Assembly: GCA_038886995.1 (NCBI GenBank)
Contig: JAWALG010000003.1
Coordinates: 1-46,342 of the forward strand
DNA from: Candidatus Iainarchaeum sp.
GTDB taxonomy: Archaea; Iainarchaeota; Iainarchaeia; Iainarchaeales; DTGL01
DNA: 46,342 nt
Direction of reading: 5' to 3'
Of this stretch, positions 8,101-17,767 are shown piece after piece; position 1 is the first letter of the stretch; every line of letters begins with the position of its first letter. Made by a program: the position numbers and the translations under genes. A model generated the notes under the pieces. It did no database searches, was not told the origin of the DNA, and was given only the letters and a program-made list of their open reading frames with translations.

Positions 8101-9620
8101 GAAAAATAATAATGGTGATAAGAGATGGCTGGGGGTATAACCCAAAAAAAGAAGGAAATGCAATAGCAAACGCGAAAACACCAAACACAAACTTCTTAAT
8201 GAAAAATTTCCCAAACACGTTACTGTGCTGCTCGGGTGAGGCTGTTGGGCTTCCAGAAGGCTACCAAGGGAATAGCGAAGTAGGACATATGACAATAGGT
8301 AGTGGCAGAATACTTTTTCAGCCAATGGTGCGCATAGACAAGGCAATAAACTCAGGGGATTTCTTCAAAAACAAGGCTTTCAAAGCAGCAGCAGAAAATT
8401 GCAAAAAACATTGCTCTGCAATGCACCTAATTGGTCTTTTGCAGTCAGAAGGTGTGCACTCGCATGAAAGACATCTCTTTGCGCTTTTGGAATTTTGCAA
8501 AAGAGAATCGCTTAAAGATGTATACATACATGCAATATTAGACGGCAGAGACGCACCACCAACTGATGGAATAAAGCACATCAAGCTTTTGAAAGAAAAA
8601 ATAAAGGATCTGGGTATTGGGAACATAGCAACAATATCTGGCAGATACTTCACAATGGATAGGGACAAAAGATGGGATAGGACAAAAAAGGCCTATGATT
8701 GCATAGTTTCAGCACTTGCTGAGGAGGAATTTAATGACGCAGAAAAAAAGGTTTCTGAGTGCTATGCCTCTGGTGAAACAGATGAGTTCATAAAGCCAAG
8801 AAAGAGATTTGGCTATTCTGGAGTTAAAGATAATGATAGCATAATATTCTTCAATTTCAGGACTGATAGGCCAAGACAACTAACTCAAGCAATAGTAGAA
8901 AAAGAATTTACAGAGTGGGAGAGAAAACCGCTTAAAGTTTGCTTTGTGGCAATGACCCAATACTACAGCCCAATGAATGCTTTAGTTGCTTTTGAGGATC
9001 AACCGCTAACTAATCTCCTTGGCGAAGTCATAAGCAAAGCAGGCATAAAACAGTTGAGAATATCTGAAACCGAAAAATACGCTCATGTAACTTTCTTCTT
9101 CAATGGGCAGAATGAAAAACCATTCGAAGGCGAAGATAGAATTCTTATAGATTCTCCAAAAGTAGCAACATATGATTTAAAGCCGGAGATGAGCGCCTAT
9201 GAGGTTACTGAGCGCCTAGTAAAGGAAATCGAAAGCCAAAAATATGGCTTTATCGTTGTGAACCTTGTAAACGGCGATCTTGTAGGACACACAGGTGTTT
9301 GGGAAGCATGTATAAAAGCAGCTGAAGCTGTTGATGACTGCTTGGGCAAGATATGTGAAGCTGGGCTAAAAAACAAATATACTATCTTTGTTTTCTCGGA
9401 CCACGGCAATCTTGAAGACAAAAGCCCGGCTTTCAGCACATCACATACCACAAATAAAGTTCCTTTTATCCTTGTTTCTGAGGAGCCAATGCTTAAAAGG
9501 GCAAGGCTGCTAAAAAACAAAGGGCTGCAAGATGTTGCACCCACAGCATTAGCCCTTATGGGCCTTCCAAAACCAAAAGAGATGACTGGCGAGAACATCA
9601 TAGCGAGTAGCTCAAAATAG
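8097..9620 (+). CDS. gpmI: 2,3-bisphosphoglycerate-independent phosphoglycerate mutase, bacterial type
   Basis: DGWG, GNSEVGH, GVHSH, DGRD, SGRYFTMDRDKRW, SETEKYAHVTFFFNG, DLVGHTG, SDHGN. Confidence 0.95.
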   Translation: MRKIIMVIRDGWGYNPKKEGNAIANAKTPNTNFLMKNFPNTLLCCSGEAVGLPEGYQGNSEVGHMTIGSGRILFQPMVRIDKAINSGDFFKNKAFKAAAENCKKHCSAMHLIGLLQSEGVHSHERHLFALLEFCKRESLKDVYIHAILDGRDAPPTDGIKHIKLLKEKIKDLGIGNIATISGRYFTMDRDKRWDRTKKAYDCIVSALAEEEFNDAEKKVSECYASGETDEFIKPRKRFGYSGVKDNDSIIFFNFRTDRPRQLTQAIVEKEFTEWERKPLKVCFVAMTQYYSPMNALVAFEDQPLTNLLGEVISKAGIKQLRISETEKYAHVTFFFNGQNEKPFEGEDRILIDSPKVATYDLKPEMSAYEVTERLVKEIESQKYGFIVVNLVNGDLVGHTGVWEACIKAAEAVDDCLGKICEAGLKNKYTIFVFSDHGNLEDKSPAFSTSHTTNKVPFILVSEEPMLKRARLLKNKGLQDVAPTALALMGLPKPKEMTGENIIASSSK

Positions 9621-9657
9621 GTAAATTTAAATACTTCTTTTTTATTAATCGTATATT

Positions 9658-10086
9658 ATGCCTTCGAAAGACCTGCATAAGAATTGTAAGGGGCAGCTAA
9701 CAATAGATTTTCTCTTGGCATTTCTCTACCTTATAATTTTGATAGATTCACTGCTAATCATAAACAAAAACTACATTCAGAACCAAAATGAGATGCTGAT
9801 AAGGCTTCAAGAGAAAAGAATTGCTTACACTATCGGTGAAATGATTAATGCTAGCAGCATTCTATCTGACGGCTCCTCAGAGGTAAAGTTTATTGTTCCG
9901 GGTATAAGGCATGTAAATAAAACAATGCCAATGCCTTGTAGTATAAACATAGGTAATGACTACATAGAAGTATCAACAGATGTGAATGGACAAAACATTG
10001 CTGAGAGGTTAAGCATTGTAAGGCCTACAACCGCAATAGTTACTGGCAACAAATGCAATAGCGAGTTAATCATAAGGTATACTTAG
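9658..10086 (+). CDS. Pilin-like protein with class III signal peptide
   Basis: KNCKG/QLTIDFLLAFLYLII: basic leader, Gly at -1, Gln at +1, acidic residue at +5, hydrophobic helix. Confidence 0.72.
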   Translation: MPSKDLHKNCKGQLTIDFLLAFLYLIILIDSLLIINKNYIQNQNEMLIRLQEKRIAYTIGEMINASSILSDGSSEVKFIVPGIRHVNKTMPMPCSINIGNDYIEVSTDVNGQNIAERLSIVRPTTAIVTGNKCNSELIIRYT

Positions 10087-10098
10087 CGAGGTGCACAG

Positions 10099-10641
10099 AT
10101 GAAAAAGCACGGATATATAGCCAGTGTTGATATAATGCTTTCAACAATTCTATTGATGTTTGCAATTGGCTATGCATATAGAGTTTCTGAGGGAAACTTC
10201 TATTCACTTAAACAGGATGAACTCTATGAAGAGCTTAGACTTTTTGGCAGTACAGCAGCAGAGCTATTGATAAGTTCACCAGAAACCACGTGCAGATGCT
10301 CTGTGCTAGCAGGTACAAGCCCTGGTGACCCCCATTACGTTATGAATTGCTTAGATACATCCAAGCTCGCCAGCTTATCATCAAACCCAGATGACCTTAA
10401 AAGGGCACTTAAATTGCCACCAGCAAGATTTGGTCTAAGGGTAGAAATTCTTAAAGATAGAAGCACTGTAGTTGGTAATTATGGTGAATCTGTGCCTGCG
10501 GAAGCGGCAAACACATATTCTGAGGCCCGGCCAGTAATAATAAACGCTGGTGACATAACAAAAGGGCTGCTATTGAAGTGTATTTCGGGTCAAGAAACAT
10601 GTGAACGGCATGTCGCAAAAATTACTGTTTGGAGGAAATAG
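10099..10641 (+). CDS. Minor pilin-like protein
   Basis: MKKHG/YIASVDIMLSTILLMFAIG followed by a Cys-containing extracellular domain. Confidence 0.68.
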   Translation: MKKHGYIASVDIMLSTILLMFAIGYAYRVSEGNFYSLKQDELYEELRLFGSTAAELLISSPETTCRCSVLAGTSPGDPHYVMNCLDTSKLASLSSNPDDLKRALKLPPARFGLRVEILKDRSTVVGNYGESVPAEAANTYSEARPVIINAGDITKGLLLKCISGQETCERHVAKITVWRK

Positions 10642-10642
10642 G

Positions 10643-11002
10643 GTGTTAATTGTGGAATTTGATAGATTTAGTTTTGGGTCTAGTAAGCGTGGCTTTATAT
10701 TTACTCTTGATAGCATTGCTGCAGCGTGCTTAATAACCCTCTTAGCAGTGACATGGTCGATTTCAGTGAGATCAAAGGACAGCGAGCCATACTATACTTA
10801 CATGGAAAAAATTGCAAGGGATGAATCATTGGTAAACATATACACATCAAACACTGGCTACGATGACTTTTTGCCGAATGACCAGAACGCTAACATAAGC
10901 TGCAAAAAATACTTTGTTGTGAAGGAGAATAATCGGCGCGATGAGAAAGATGTCAACACCTATATAAAATGCGTTTATGATATCTTGGTGAGATTGCCAT
11001 GA
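10643..11002 (+). CDS. Minor pilin-like protein
   Basis: KRG/FIFTLDSIAAACLITLL. Start uncertain (GTG 10643 after GGAGG, or GTG 10652). Confidence 0.68.
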   Translation: MLIVEFDRFSFGSSKRGFIFTLDSIAAACLITLLAVTWSISVRSKDSEPYYTYMEKIARDESLVNIYTSNTGYDDFLPNDQNANISCKKYFVVKENNRRDEKDVNTYIKCVYDILVRLP

Positions 11003-11586
11003 ACTCTAAAGGTGCAATATACTCCATAATGACTGCAGCACTTGTTATGGTTACAATTGCTTTAGTAATGCATTCAAATATTTCTGCTCTTAACCAGGAA
11101 CGTTATGCTGCTTACACAAATAATATGTCAGACCTAAAACGCCATTGGCAAAATGCAAGGTTAGTTCTAGATAAAATTGCTGGTGAGGCCCTGGCTGATT
11201 ATGTAAGAGACCAAAATTTAACTGGATCGGCTTGTGATGCATCATTAATCTCGCAGCCGGGCGCCCAATCCAAAGTAGAAGAGTACATGACATATGCGCT
11301 AAACAAAATGATGGGTGAAATAAAAGGCGAGATGAACTGTAGAACAGAGAATTTTAGCTATAATCCGGCGGCTGGTGGGACAACTCAGTCGGCCTCAGTT
11401 GCAATATCGTTTACCTTGACTTGTGAGCAGACTACAAAAAAAGGTGCCAGCAACGAAAACGCTTTTTACGTAAGTTATGCTAAAAATGTTAATTTCAATA
11501 AGAGGGTCGAAGCAGTAAGCCCTGACTGCATAGTCATAGCATACGATGCACAGTCGAACACTATTGATGCAAATACTTGGTATTAA
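10999..11586 (+). CDS. Minor pilin-like protein
   Basis: MNSKG/AIYSIMTAALVMVTIAL, several N-x-S/T sequons and Cys residues, ATGA overlap with the upstream gene. Confidence 0.62.
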   Translation: MNSKGAIYSIMTAALVMVTIALVMHSNISALNQERYAAYTNNMSDLKRHWQNARLVLDKIAGEALADYVRDQNLTGSACDASLISQPGAQSKVEEYMTYALNKMMGEIKGEMNCRTENFSYNPAAGGTTQSASVAISFTLTCEQTTKKGASNENAFYVSYAKNVNFNKRVEAVSPDCIVIAYDAQSNTIDANTWY

Positions 11587-12397
11587 TCAACTTTTTCAGC
11601 TTTTTTGATATGCCGCTTCCATATTGGATTGCACTCTTCCTTGCAAAACAGATCTCATCAGCCAGCCCTATTCTCTTTGCTAGAAACCTCAAAGTGCGCT
11701 TCCTCAATAAATCATCAGAACCACAAATGTTTTCTTGGGCTCGGAAAGCCAAAGCTTCACTAACAAAATGGCTTTCAAGAAAAGGTAAATGAAGGCAAAG
11801 TGAAAAGTGTCTTGCAATGGCTAAATCGCGGTTCAAGTTGCTTTTGTAGATATTCTGAAGTTTTTCTAACCTCGCAGCTTCAAGTTCGTTGTAACTCTTG
11901 CTTTGCAAAATGCGCCTGAACTCATCATAACCAAAAAAAAGTTCATCTGCACCTTGCCCTGAAAAAACATGTTTGATTTTGTCTTCTTTTATTCTTTCCA
12001 TGCAAAAGTATAAAGGAACTGCTATTTGTAGATTCATTATATTATCTGAAGATATTATTTTCGCAATTTTTGGCAGTTTTAAAGGAATTTCCTCTTCTTC
12101 TATGATTACCTCATGAATGCTCAGACCTAACAGAGATGCTGCTCTTGACGCATTTTCAAAAACCTTCGCATTGGGAAGCCCAGCACAGTAAAGCTCGGTT
12201 TTTTTTATTTTTTTGGAAACTGCGTATGCTATTAAAGCTGAATCTAAGCCACCGGAAAAAAGCACTGCGCAGCGCTTCTTTTTCCCAGCATGATAGGAGA
12301 TTGCTGCAAAGAAGGCTTCCTCCAACTTTTCAAAAGAAGGCTCTTGCGATTTTTTGCTTATCGCAGAGATCTTTTTCGGATCGAAAAGCGCAACCAT
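11561..12397 (-). CDS. Asparagine synthetase-like protein, synthetase domain only
   Basis: LFSGGLDS, SGQGADELFFGY, NLNRD, LPFL, RKSAIQYGSG. No N-terminal Cys1 glutaminase domain. Confidence 0.8.
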   Translation of the reverse strand: MVALFDPKKISAISKKSQEPSFEKLEEAFFAAISYHAGKKKRCAVLFSGGLDSALIAYAVSKKIKKTELYCAGLPNAKVFENASRAASLLGLSIHEVIIEEEEIPLKLPKIAKIISSDNIMNLQIAVPLYFCMERIKEDKIKHVFSGQGADELFFGYDEFRRILQSKSYNELEAARLEKLQNIYKSNLNRDLAIARHFSLCLHLPFLESHFVSEALAFRAQENICGSDDLLRKRTLRFLAKRIGLADEICFARKSAIQYGSGISKKLKKLINTKYLHQ

Positions 12398-12515
12398 ACT
12401 TAATTTTAAAAGCGTAAGGCATAAAACAGATGCTAAAGTCAGCATCCGTAAGCCATTTGCCGAACGGAAACAAATGATTTTAAAGGGGTTTGATGTAAAA
12501 ATTCAGTGTGGTTTT

Positions 12516-14072
12516 ATGGAAGAAATAAAAAAGGTTTTGATTTCGGTTGCTGTAATTGTCGTTCTGCTGTCAGTAGTGGCAATAATGACTGTTTACCAGA
12601 AGCCAAATGAGTTGATTAGCGCATCCAAAAGCAATGGCGAAGGTTCTTCTAAAAAAGATTCTTTCGAAAAGATAAACATCAAAGAGTATTCTTCTGTTGT
12701 TAGTTCTGAGAAGCCGGCACAAGTTATGCTAAAGCTTGCGGAGTCATCTTCAAAGGAAAAAGAAGGAACTGAGCTTACAATCTACAACCAAAACATGGCG
12801 CTTGTAAAGGAAATAAGGGCATTAAACCTTAAAAGTGGCTTAAACCTTGTTCAGTATGAAGACATTGCAAGCCAGATAAAAGCCGACACTGTTCTTTTTA
12901 CTGACTTAACTGATCCAAAAGCAATAGTCATCGAGCAAAACTATGAATATGACCTGGTAAGCTTAGAAAAAATATTGGAAAAGTATCTTGGTAAGAACAT
13001 AACAGTGGCCACAAAAGATGGTAACTCCTATAGTGGTAAGCTGCTTAGCTACAGAGGAAGCATAGTGATAGAATCTGAGGGAAAAGTTCTTTCATTAGAA
13101 GATGTATCTAGATATGAGTTTCCGGAGCTACCAGAAGGGCTGCTCACAAAGCCAACCCTAATTTGGAAGCTTTACACTGAAAAAGAAGGCACTCACAATA
13201 CACAAACAAGCTACATAACAAATGGAATGACATGGTCCACAAGCTATGTTGCCAAAGTCAGCGCAGATGATAAGTTTGCAGACCTCACAGGTTGGGTAAC
13301 TATTCAAAACAGCTCAGGAACTAGTTACCCAAACACAAGCTTAAAGCTTGTTGCGGGCGAATTGAATATTGTACAGCAAGATTATGGTGTTAAAAGGTCT
13401 GAGTACGTTCAAGCAACACCCACTGGTGGCTCACAGTTTACTGAAGAGTCATTCTTTGAGTACCATCTTTATACACTAGACCGCAAGACAGATATAAGGA
13501 ACAACGAAACAAAGCAGATAAACCTCTTAGAGGCAGAAAAAATTGCCCTAAAAAAGGAATACGTGTTTGATGAGCAGGATTATTACTATTATTATTATAG
13601 CAGCAATTACAACACCTCTAAAGGAAAGGTTAAAACAATGGTTTCATTTGAAAACTCTCAGTCAAACAACATCGGCATACCATTGCCAAAAGGCATTGTC
13701 AGGGTTTACAAAGAGGACTCCCAAGGAAAGCTACAGTTTATAGGCGAGGACTCAATATACCATACCCCTAAAGACGAAAAGGTGAGGTTATTTTTAGGGT
13801 ATGCCTTTGACATAGTTGCTGAAAAGAAAGTTACTGAAACTACCCCTGTCGGGGACAGGTGCACAAGAAAATCCTATGAAGTTAGTATAAGGAACCACAA
13901 GGAAGAAGATGTAACGGTAACTTCAATACAAAAAAGCTACTACGTGAGCAACGACCTTATAAACTCAAGCCATAAAGGCAACAAAAAAGATGCATACACA
14001 TATGAGTTTGATGTTCCGGTCAAAGCAAATGGGGAAGCAAAGCTTACATACACAATAATGAGCTGCTGGTAA
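12516..14072 (+). CDS. DUF4139-family membrane-anchored protein
   Basis: N-terminal TM; LTIYNQNMALVKE, EQNYEYDL, LKLVAG, FFEYHLYTL, GIPLPKGIVRVY, FIGEDSIYHTPKDE, LGYAFD. Confidence 0.8.
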   Translation: MEEIKKVLISVAVIVVLLSVVAIMTVYQKPNELISASKSNGEGSSKKDSFEKINIKEYSSVVSSEKPAQVMLKLAESSSKEKEGTELTIYNQNMALVKEIRALNLKSGLNLVQYEDIASQIKADTVLFTDLTDPKAIVIEQNYEYDLVSLEKILEKYLGKNITVATKDGNSYSGKLLSYRGSIVIESEGKVLSLEDVSRYEFPELPEGLLTKPTLIWKLYTEKEGTHNTQTSYITNGMTWSTSYVAKVSADDKFADLTGWVTIQNSSGTSYPNTSLKLVAGELNIVQQDYGVKRSEYVQATPTGGSQFTEESFFEYHLYTLDRKTDIRNNETKQINLLEAEKIALKKEYVFDEQDYYYYYYSSNYNTSKGKVKTMVSFENSQSNNIGIPLPKGIVRVYKEDSQGKLQFIGEDSIYHTPKDEKVRLFLGYAFDIVAEKKVTETTPVGDRCTRKSYEVSIRNHKEEDVTVTSIQKSYYVSNDLINSSHKGNKKDAYTYEFDVPVKANGEAKLTYTIMSCW

Positions 14073-15839
14073 CTATAAGTAATAGTACTTACCGGCTTTC
14101 TTTTGTTCTCGGTCCTTTACAGAACCTGGTTTGTTCGCTCTAGGCCTTAGTGTCTGTGCATCTCGCCTAAATGTTACATCAAAGCTCTTGAGGAAAAGGT
14201 TCATGGCCTCTTCTTTTGCTTTTGGCTCAAGTGCAAAGCCAGCGTGTGCAGGTACACCTTCAAAAACTATAAACCTGTCACACAGGCAATCCTGGAAAAG
14301 CAAATCGTGGTCAACCACAATACAGGCCTTATTTTTCTTTTCAATGACAGAGCGTATGAATGCAGCAGCATTGAGGCGTTCCTCAACATCTAAAAAAGCA
14401 GACGGCTCATCCAGCAGAAAGAGGTCTGCGTCTCTACACATTGCAGTGGCAACTAACACCTTTTGTAGCTCCCCGCCGCTTAATTCAGTCATGGTGTTTT
14501 CATAAAGTTCTTTTACGCTGAGCCTTTTTTCTGCTTCCGAGCTAAAGAGCTGCATATCTATAGAATTGCGCATAACATATTCCAATACTGTTTCATCTCT
14601 TTCAGCTTTTATGTACTGTGGCTTATAAGACAATTTAAGACCTGTTGAAAAAAGTCCTTTGTTATGTTCTGTGTTGCCTGCAATAATATTTACAAAAGTT
14701 GTTTTTCCAATTGCATTAGGGCCAAGAATGCCCACTACTTCGCATTCCATTATTGACCCACCTTTTGCCTCTAGCTTGAAGTTGCTGTATGATTTTTCAA
14801 AAGGTGGATATTTAAAGTACTCTTTGTTCTTTACTTCAGCATTGGGTACCTTGGAGAAGCTTAACTCTTTGTCACGAAAAACAACATTCTCTGCCTTAAG
14901 GTGACCCTCAAGATACTGGTTTATGCCATTTAGGACGCTCATCCTAGAGCTTACAACACCATAGGCGCCTCTTACGCCGAAAAGAACATGCACATAATCG
15001 CTAAGGTAATCGAGTACTGCAAGGTCATGCTCAACAACCATTACATATTTGCCTTTTTCAGCAATGCCACGTATTGCCTTAGCTACTGTAAGCCTCTCTT
15101 GAACATCAAGATAGGATGCCGGCTCATCGAAAAAGTAAAAGTCAGCATCTTTAAGCATTGCTGCAGCAACTGAAACCTTTTGGAGTTCACCGCCGCTGAT
15201 ATCTGAAACTTTGCTTTTCAATATTTTGGTAAGACCAAAAAGTGAAGCTACTTGCTTGATATTGTCTTTTTCATCAAAATGCATTAGCAGCTCTTCAACC
15301 TTGCCTTTAAAGGATTCACGAACCTTATTTATATCCTGCGGCTTAAATGATGCCTTAATGCCTTCCTTAGAAAGTGTCTCAAAGTAAGCTTGCAACTCAT
15401 TTCCTTTGAAAAGGTCTATCAAAAAAGCATAACCCTCCTTATCGCCTGATTCTGACTTTGGAACGAGTTTCCCTGAAAGCAATTTCAAAGCTGTTGACTT
15501 GCCTATGCCATTGCTGCCAATAAGCCCAACAACCGCTCCTTTTACAGGTATTGGTAAGCCGTACAATCTAAACTTGTTCTTTCCGTAGCTATGCACTGGC
15601 ACATCAACCTTTGCAGTTATGTTCACGATTTTTATCGCTTTGAAAGGACATTTGTGTATGCATATACCACAGCCAGTGCAAAGCATTTCTGAGATCTCAG
15701 CAGTTTTGCCTGGAATTGTAATACACTGCTTGCCGGAGCGATTTATTGGGCAAACTCTAAAGCAAAATGATCCACATTTCTCAGGATGGCATTTCTTTTC
15801 ATCAATGACTGCTATCCTTATGCGACCTTCTTTAGCCAT
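14073..15839 (-). CDS. rli: ABCE1/RLI ribosome-recycling ATPase
   Basis: N-terminal Fe-S domain (CHPEKC...CPIN...CTGCGICIHKCPF) and two ABC domains (GSNGIGKST/SGGELQ; GPNAIGKTT/SGGELQ). True start MAKEGRIRIAVID. Confidence 0.95.
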   Translation of the reverse strand: MAKEGRIRIAVIDEKKCHPEKCGSFCFRVCPINRSGKQCITIPGKTAEISEMLCTGCGICIHKCPFKAIKIVNITAKVDVPVHSYGKNKFRLYGLPIPVKGAVVGLIGSNGIGKSTALKLLSGKLVPKSESGDKEGYAFLIDLFKGNELQAYFETLSKEGIKASFKPQDINKVRESFKGKVEELLMHFDEKDNIKQVASLFGLTKILKSKVSDISGGELQKVSVAAAMLKDADFYFFDEPASYLDVQERLTVAKAIRGIAEKGKYVMVVEHDLAVLDYLSDYVHVLFGVRGAYGVVSSRMSVLNGINQYLEGHLKAENVVFRDKELSFSKVPNAEVKNKEYFKYPPFEKSYSNFKLEAKGGSIMECEVVGILGPNAIGKTTFVNIIAGNTEHNKGLFSTGLKLSYKPQYIKAERDETVLEYVMRNSIDMQLFSSEAEKRLSVKELYENTMTELSGGELQKVLVATAMCRDADLFLLDEPSAFLDVEERLNAAAFIRSVIEKKNKACIVVDHDLLFQDCLCDRFIVFEGVPAHAGFALEPKAKEEAMNLFLKSFDVTFRRDAQTLRPRANKPGSVKDREQKKAGKYYYL

Positions 15840-15936
15840 AACAGAACATTGCATCAAATGGTTAAAAATATTATAGCATGTTCTGAGGTGTCTGAGTTGA
15901 TAATATTTTAAATAAGGTGTGAGGATAGCACTATTT

Positions 15937-16965
15937 ATGAGGGTATTGAAGATTGATGAGAAACACGGCATAATTTCAGTGATTCCTGAAAATGAAGATG
16001 ACTTGTGGCACTTGAGCAAAGTTATTGAACCGGGTGATAAATTAGTAGGAGTTACTTCAAGGAAAGAAAAAGGCAAAGAAGGAACCTCTGCAATTAGAAA
16101 GGTTTTCCTTGCAGAAATAGAAGCATCTGATGTCTCCTTTGACAGCTTTTCTAAGGCACTGCGTGTAAATGGCCAAATCAGTGGTGGAAACCTTGATGTT
16201 GTACCACTCGGCTCCATGCAAGTAATAGAGGTTACTCCAAACGAAAAATACAAAATTGTAAAAAAGGGGCTTAGAAAGTACCACATAGATAGGATTCAAA
16301 AAGCAGCAAAAGGAAGAAGGGAAGAAATAACTATTGTGGTGATAGATGATGAAAGTGCCACAATTGCGTCCTTTAGGGACTTCAAGTGTGAGGTAAAAGC
16401 AGAGATCAGATCCAACAGAGCTGGTAAGCGCTTTGCTTCTGAAGATGGCATGAAGGAATACCTTGGCAATGTCTCGAAAAAAATTGCAGATATTGGCGCA
16501 AAAACAGTAGTGATTGCCGGCCCTGGATTTGTTAAAGATGATCTTGCCTCATTTCTATCAGAAAAAAGCTTCTCTGGAAGGGTTTATGTTCAAGGCACAA
16601 GCACAACTGGCATAACAGGCCTAAACGAGGTAATAAAAAGCAAGGCCTTTGAAAATATAGCAAGGGACTCCCAGTTAGCTGAAGAGGCAAGGCTTATTGA
16701 AAAGTTACTTGAGGAAATAGCAAAGGGCAAACTAGCCACTTATGGTTTTGAACAAGTGAAAAAAGCGGTTGAGTGCGGAGCTGTCGATAGATTGCTTGTA
16801 CTTGACAAGCTCTTACAAGAGAGAAAAGATGAAACATACGAAATAATGACTTCTGCAGAGAGTTCAGGAGCTGCTGTTCACATATTCAATTCAGAGTATG
16901 AGCCAGGTAAAAAATTAGAAGGTCTGGGCGGCCTAGCGGCGTTATTGCGATATGCTTTTGGTTAG
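15937..16965 (+). CDS. pelA: Pelota/Dom34 ribosome-rescue factor
   Basis: PENEDDLWHL, LRVNG, IAGPGFVKD, ATYG, GKKLEGLGGLAALLRY. Confidence 0.93.
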   Translation: MRVLKIDEKHGIISVIPENEDDLWHLSKVIEPGDKLVGVTSRKEKGKEGTSAIRKVFLAEIEASDVSFDSFSKALRVNGQISGGNLDVVPLGSMQVIEVTPNEKYKIVKKGLRKYHIDRIQKAAKGRREEITIVVIDDESATIASFRDFKCEVKAEIRSNRAGKRFASEDGMKEYLGNVSKKIADIGAKTVVIAGPGFVKDDLASFLSEKSFSGRVYVQGTSTTGITGLNEVIKSKAFENIARDSQLAEEARLIEKLLEEIAKGKLATYGFEQVKKAVECGAVDRLLVLDKLLQERKDETYEIMTSAESSGAAVHIFNSEYEPGKKLEGLGGLAALLRYAFG

Positions 16966-16971
16966 CTCAAT

Positions 16972-17364
16972 TTATCTTGCACTTAGTTCGTACCATTCAA
17001 CCTTTTTTTCTTGTACAAGCTTTTTTATTCTCTTTTCTCTATCGCTAAGCTTTGAGTCTGCAAACTTAAATTCACAGAAGTATATGCAGTCGTCACAGAA
17101 AGCAATACCATCAATAGGTGATCCTAAAAACCTGAAGTTTTCTGGATCAAATGGGAATTCTTTGCTAAATGGAAGCCACTGCTCAGCAATTAGGCCATAG
17201 CGCACGCTTTGCGACTTCTTGTCATAGCTTAGCTCAGACAATCTTTGGTCCAAGTATTCAGCACGCTTGTAAATAAGGAATGCAATTAAAGATACCGCGA
17301 CTAAAAGAAAAATAAGAATAACAATGATGAATTCAATCATAAAACCATTATGGCTGATTACCAT
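16972..17364 (-). CDS. Membrane-anchored Holliday-junction-resolvase-like PD-(D/E)xK nuclease
   Basis: N-terminal TM; G-x-I-A-E-Q, FRFLGSPIDGIAF, FCEFK, LSDREKRIK. Confidence 0.75.
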   Translation of the reverse strand: MVISHNGFMIEFIIVILIFLLVAVSLIAFLIYKRAEYLDQRLSELSYDKKSQSVRYGLIAEQWLPFSKEFPFDPENFRFLGSPIDGIAFCDDCIYFCEFKFADSKLSDREKRIKKLVQEKKVEWYELSAR

Positions 17365-17375
17365 TAAAAAGGCAA

Positions 17376-17723
17376 TCAGTACTCCTTAAGCCCTTCTCCA
17401 GTTAGCACCAAAATCTTAAATTTTTTGTTTGATTCCCTAATAGCTGAAATAAGAGCGGAGTGCTCACGCCCAGTACCTGAGATCAGGGATATGAAAAGGT
17501 CTCCTTCAGGCAAAGCATTCTTTATTTGCTCTTTTAGGGCCTCAAAGCCGCTTCTTGGATTTATAAGTATCCAATCACAATGCTTTTGTGGCTTAAAGTT
17601 TTCCTTGGCAAAATCAGTGCCTATCAGCACAATTTTATCCCATTCATTTTCCTGGATTATGCGCCCAACATGGCCCCATGTGCCTTTACCCATGCCAAGC
17701 GTTGCAACAAAAACTTTGTCCAT
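17376..17723 (-). CDS. Small Rossmann-like hypothetical protein, possibly CARF-like
   Basis: VATLGMGKGTWGHV...WDKIVLI...ISLISGTGREH, alternating beta/alpha pattern. Confidence 0.6.
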   Translation of the reverse strand: MDKVFVATLGMGKGTWGHVGRIIQENEWDKIVLIGTDFAKENFKPQKHCDWILINPRSGFEALKEQIKNALPEGDLFISLISGTGREHSALISAIRESNKKFKILVLTGEGLKEY

Positions 17724-17767
17724 AGTAAAAGGTTCGCATGCAAATGCTTTAAAAGGTGTCGTGCTGC

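Noticed and set aside
13520-13600. Poly-Tyr (TAT/TAC) run in the DUF4139 gene as a phase-variable repeat
   Set aside because: Short, in-frame and with mixed codons; slippage would not switch expression.
15840-16286. N-terminal extension of ABCE1 in the ORF track
   Set aside because: It overlaps pelota on the opposite strand; the Fe-S domain begins right after the Met at 15839.
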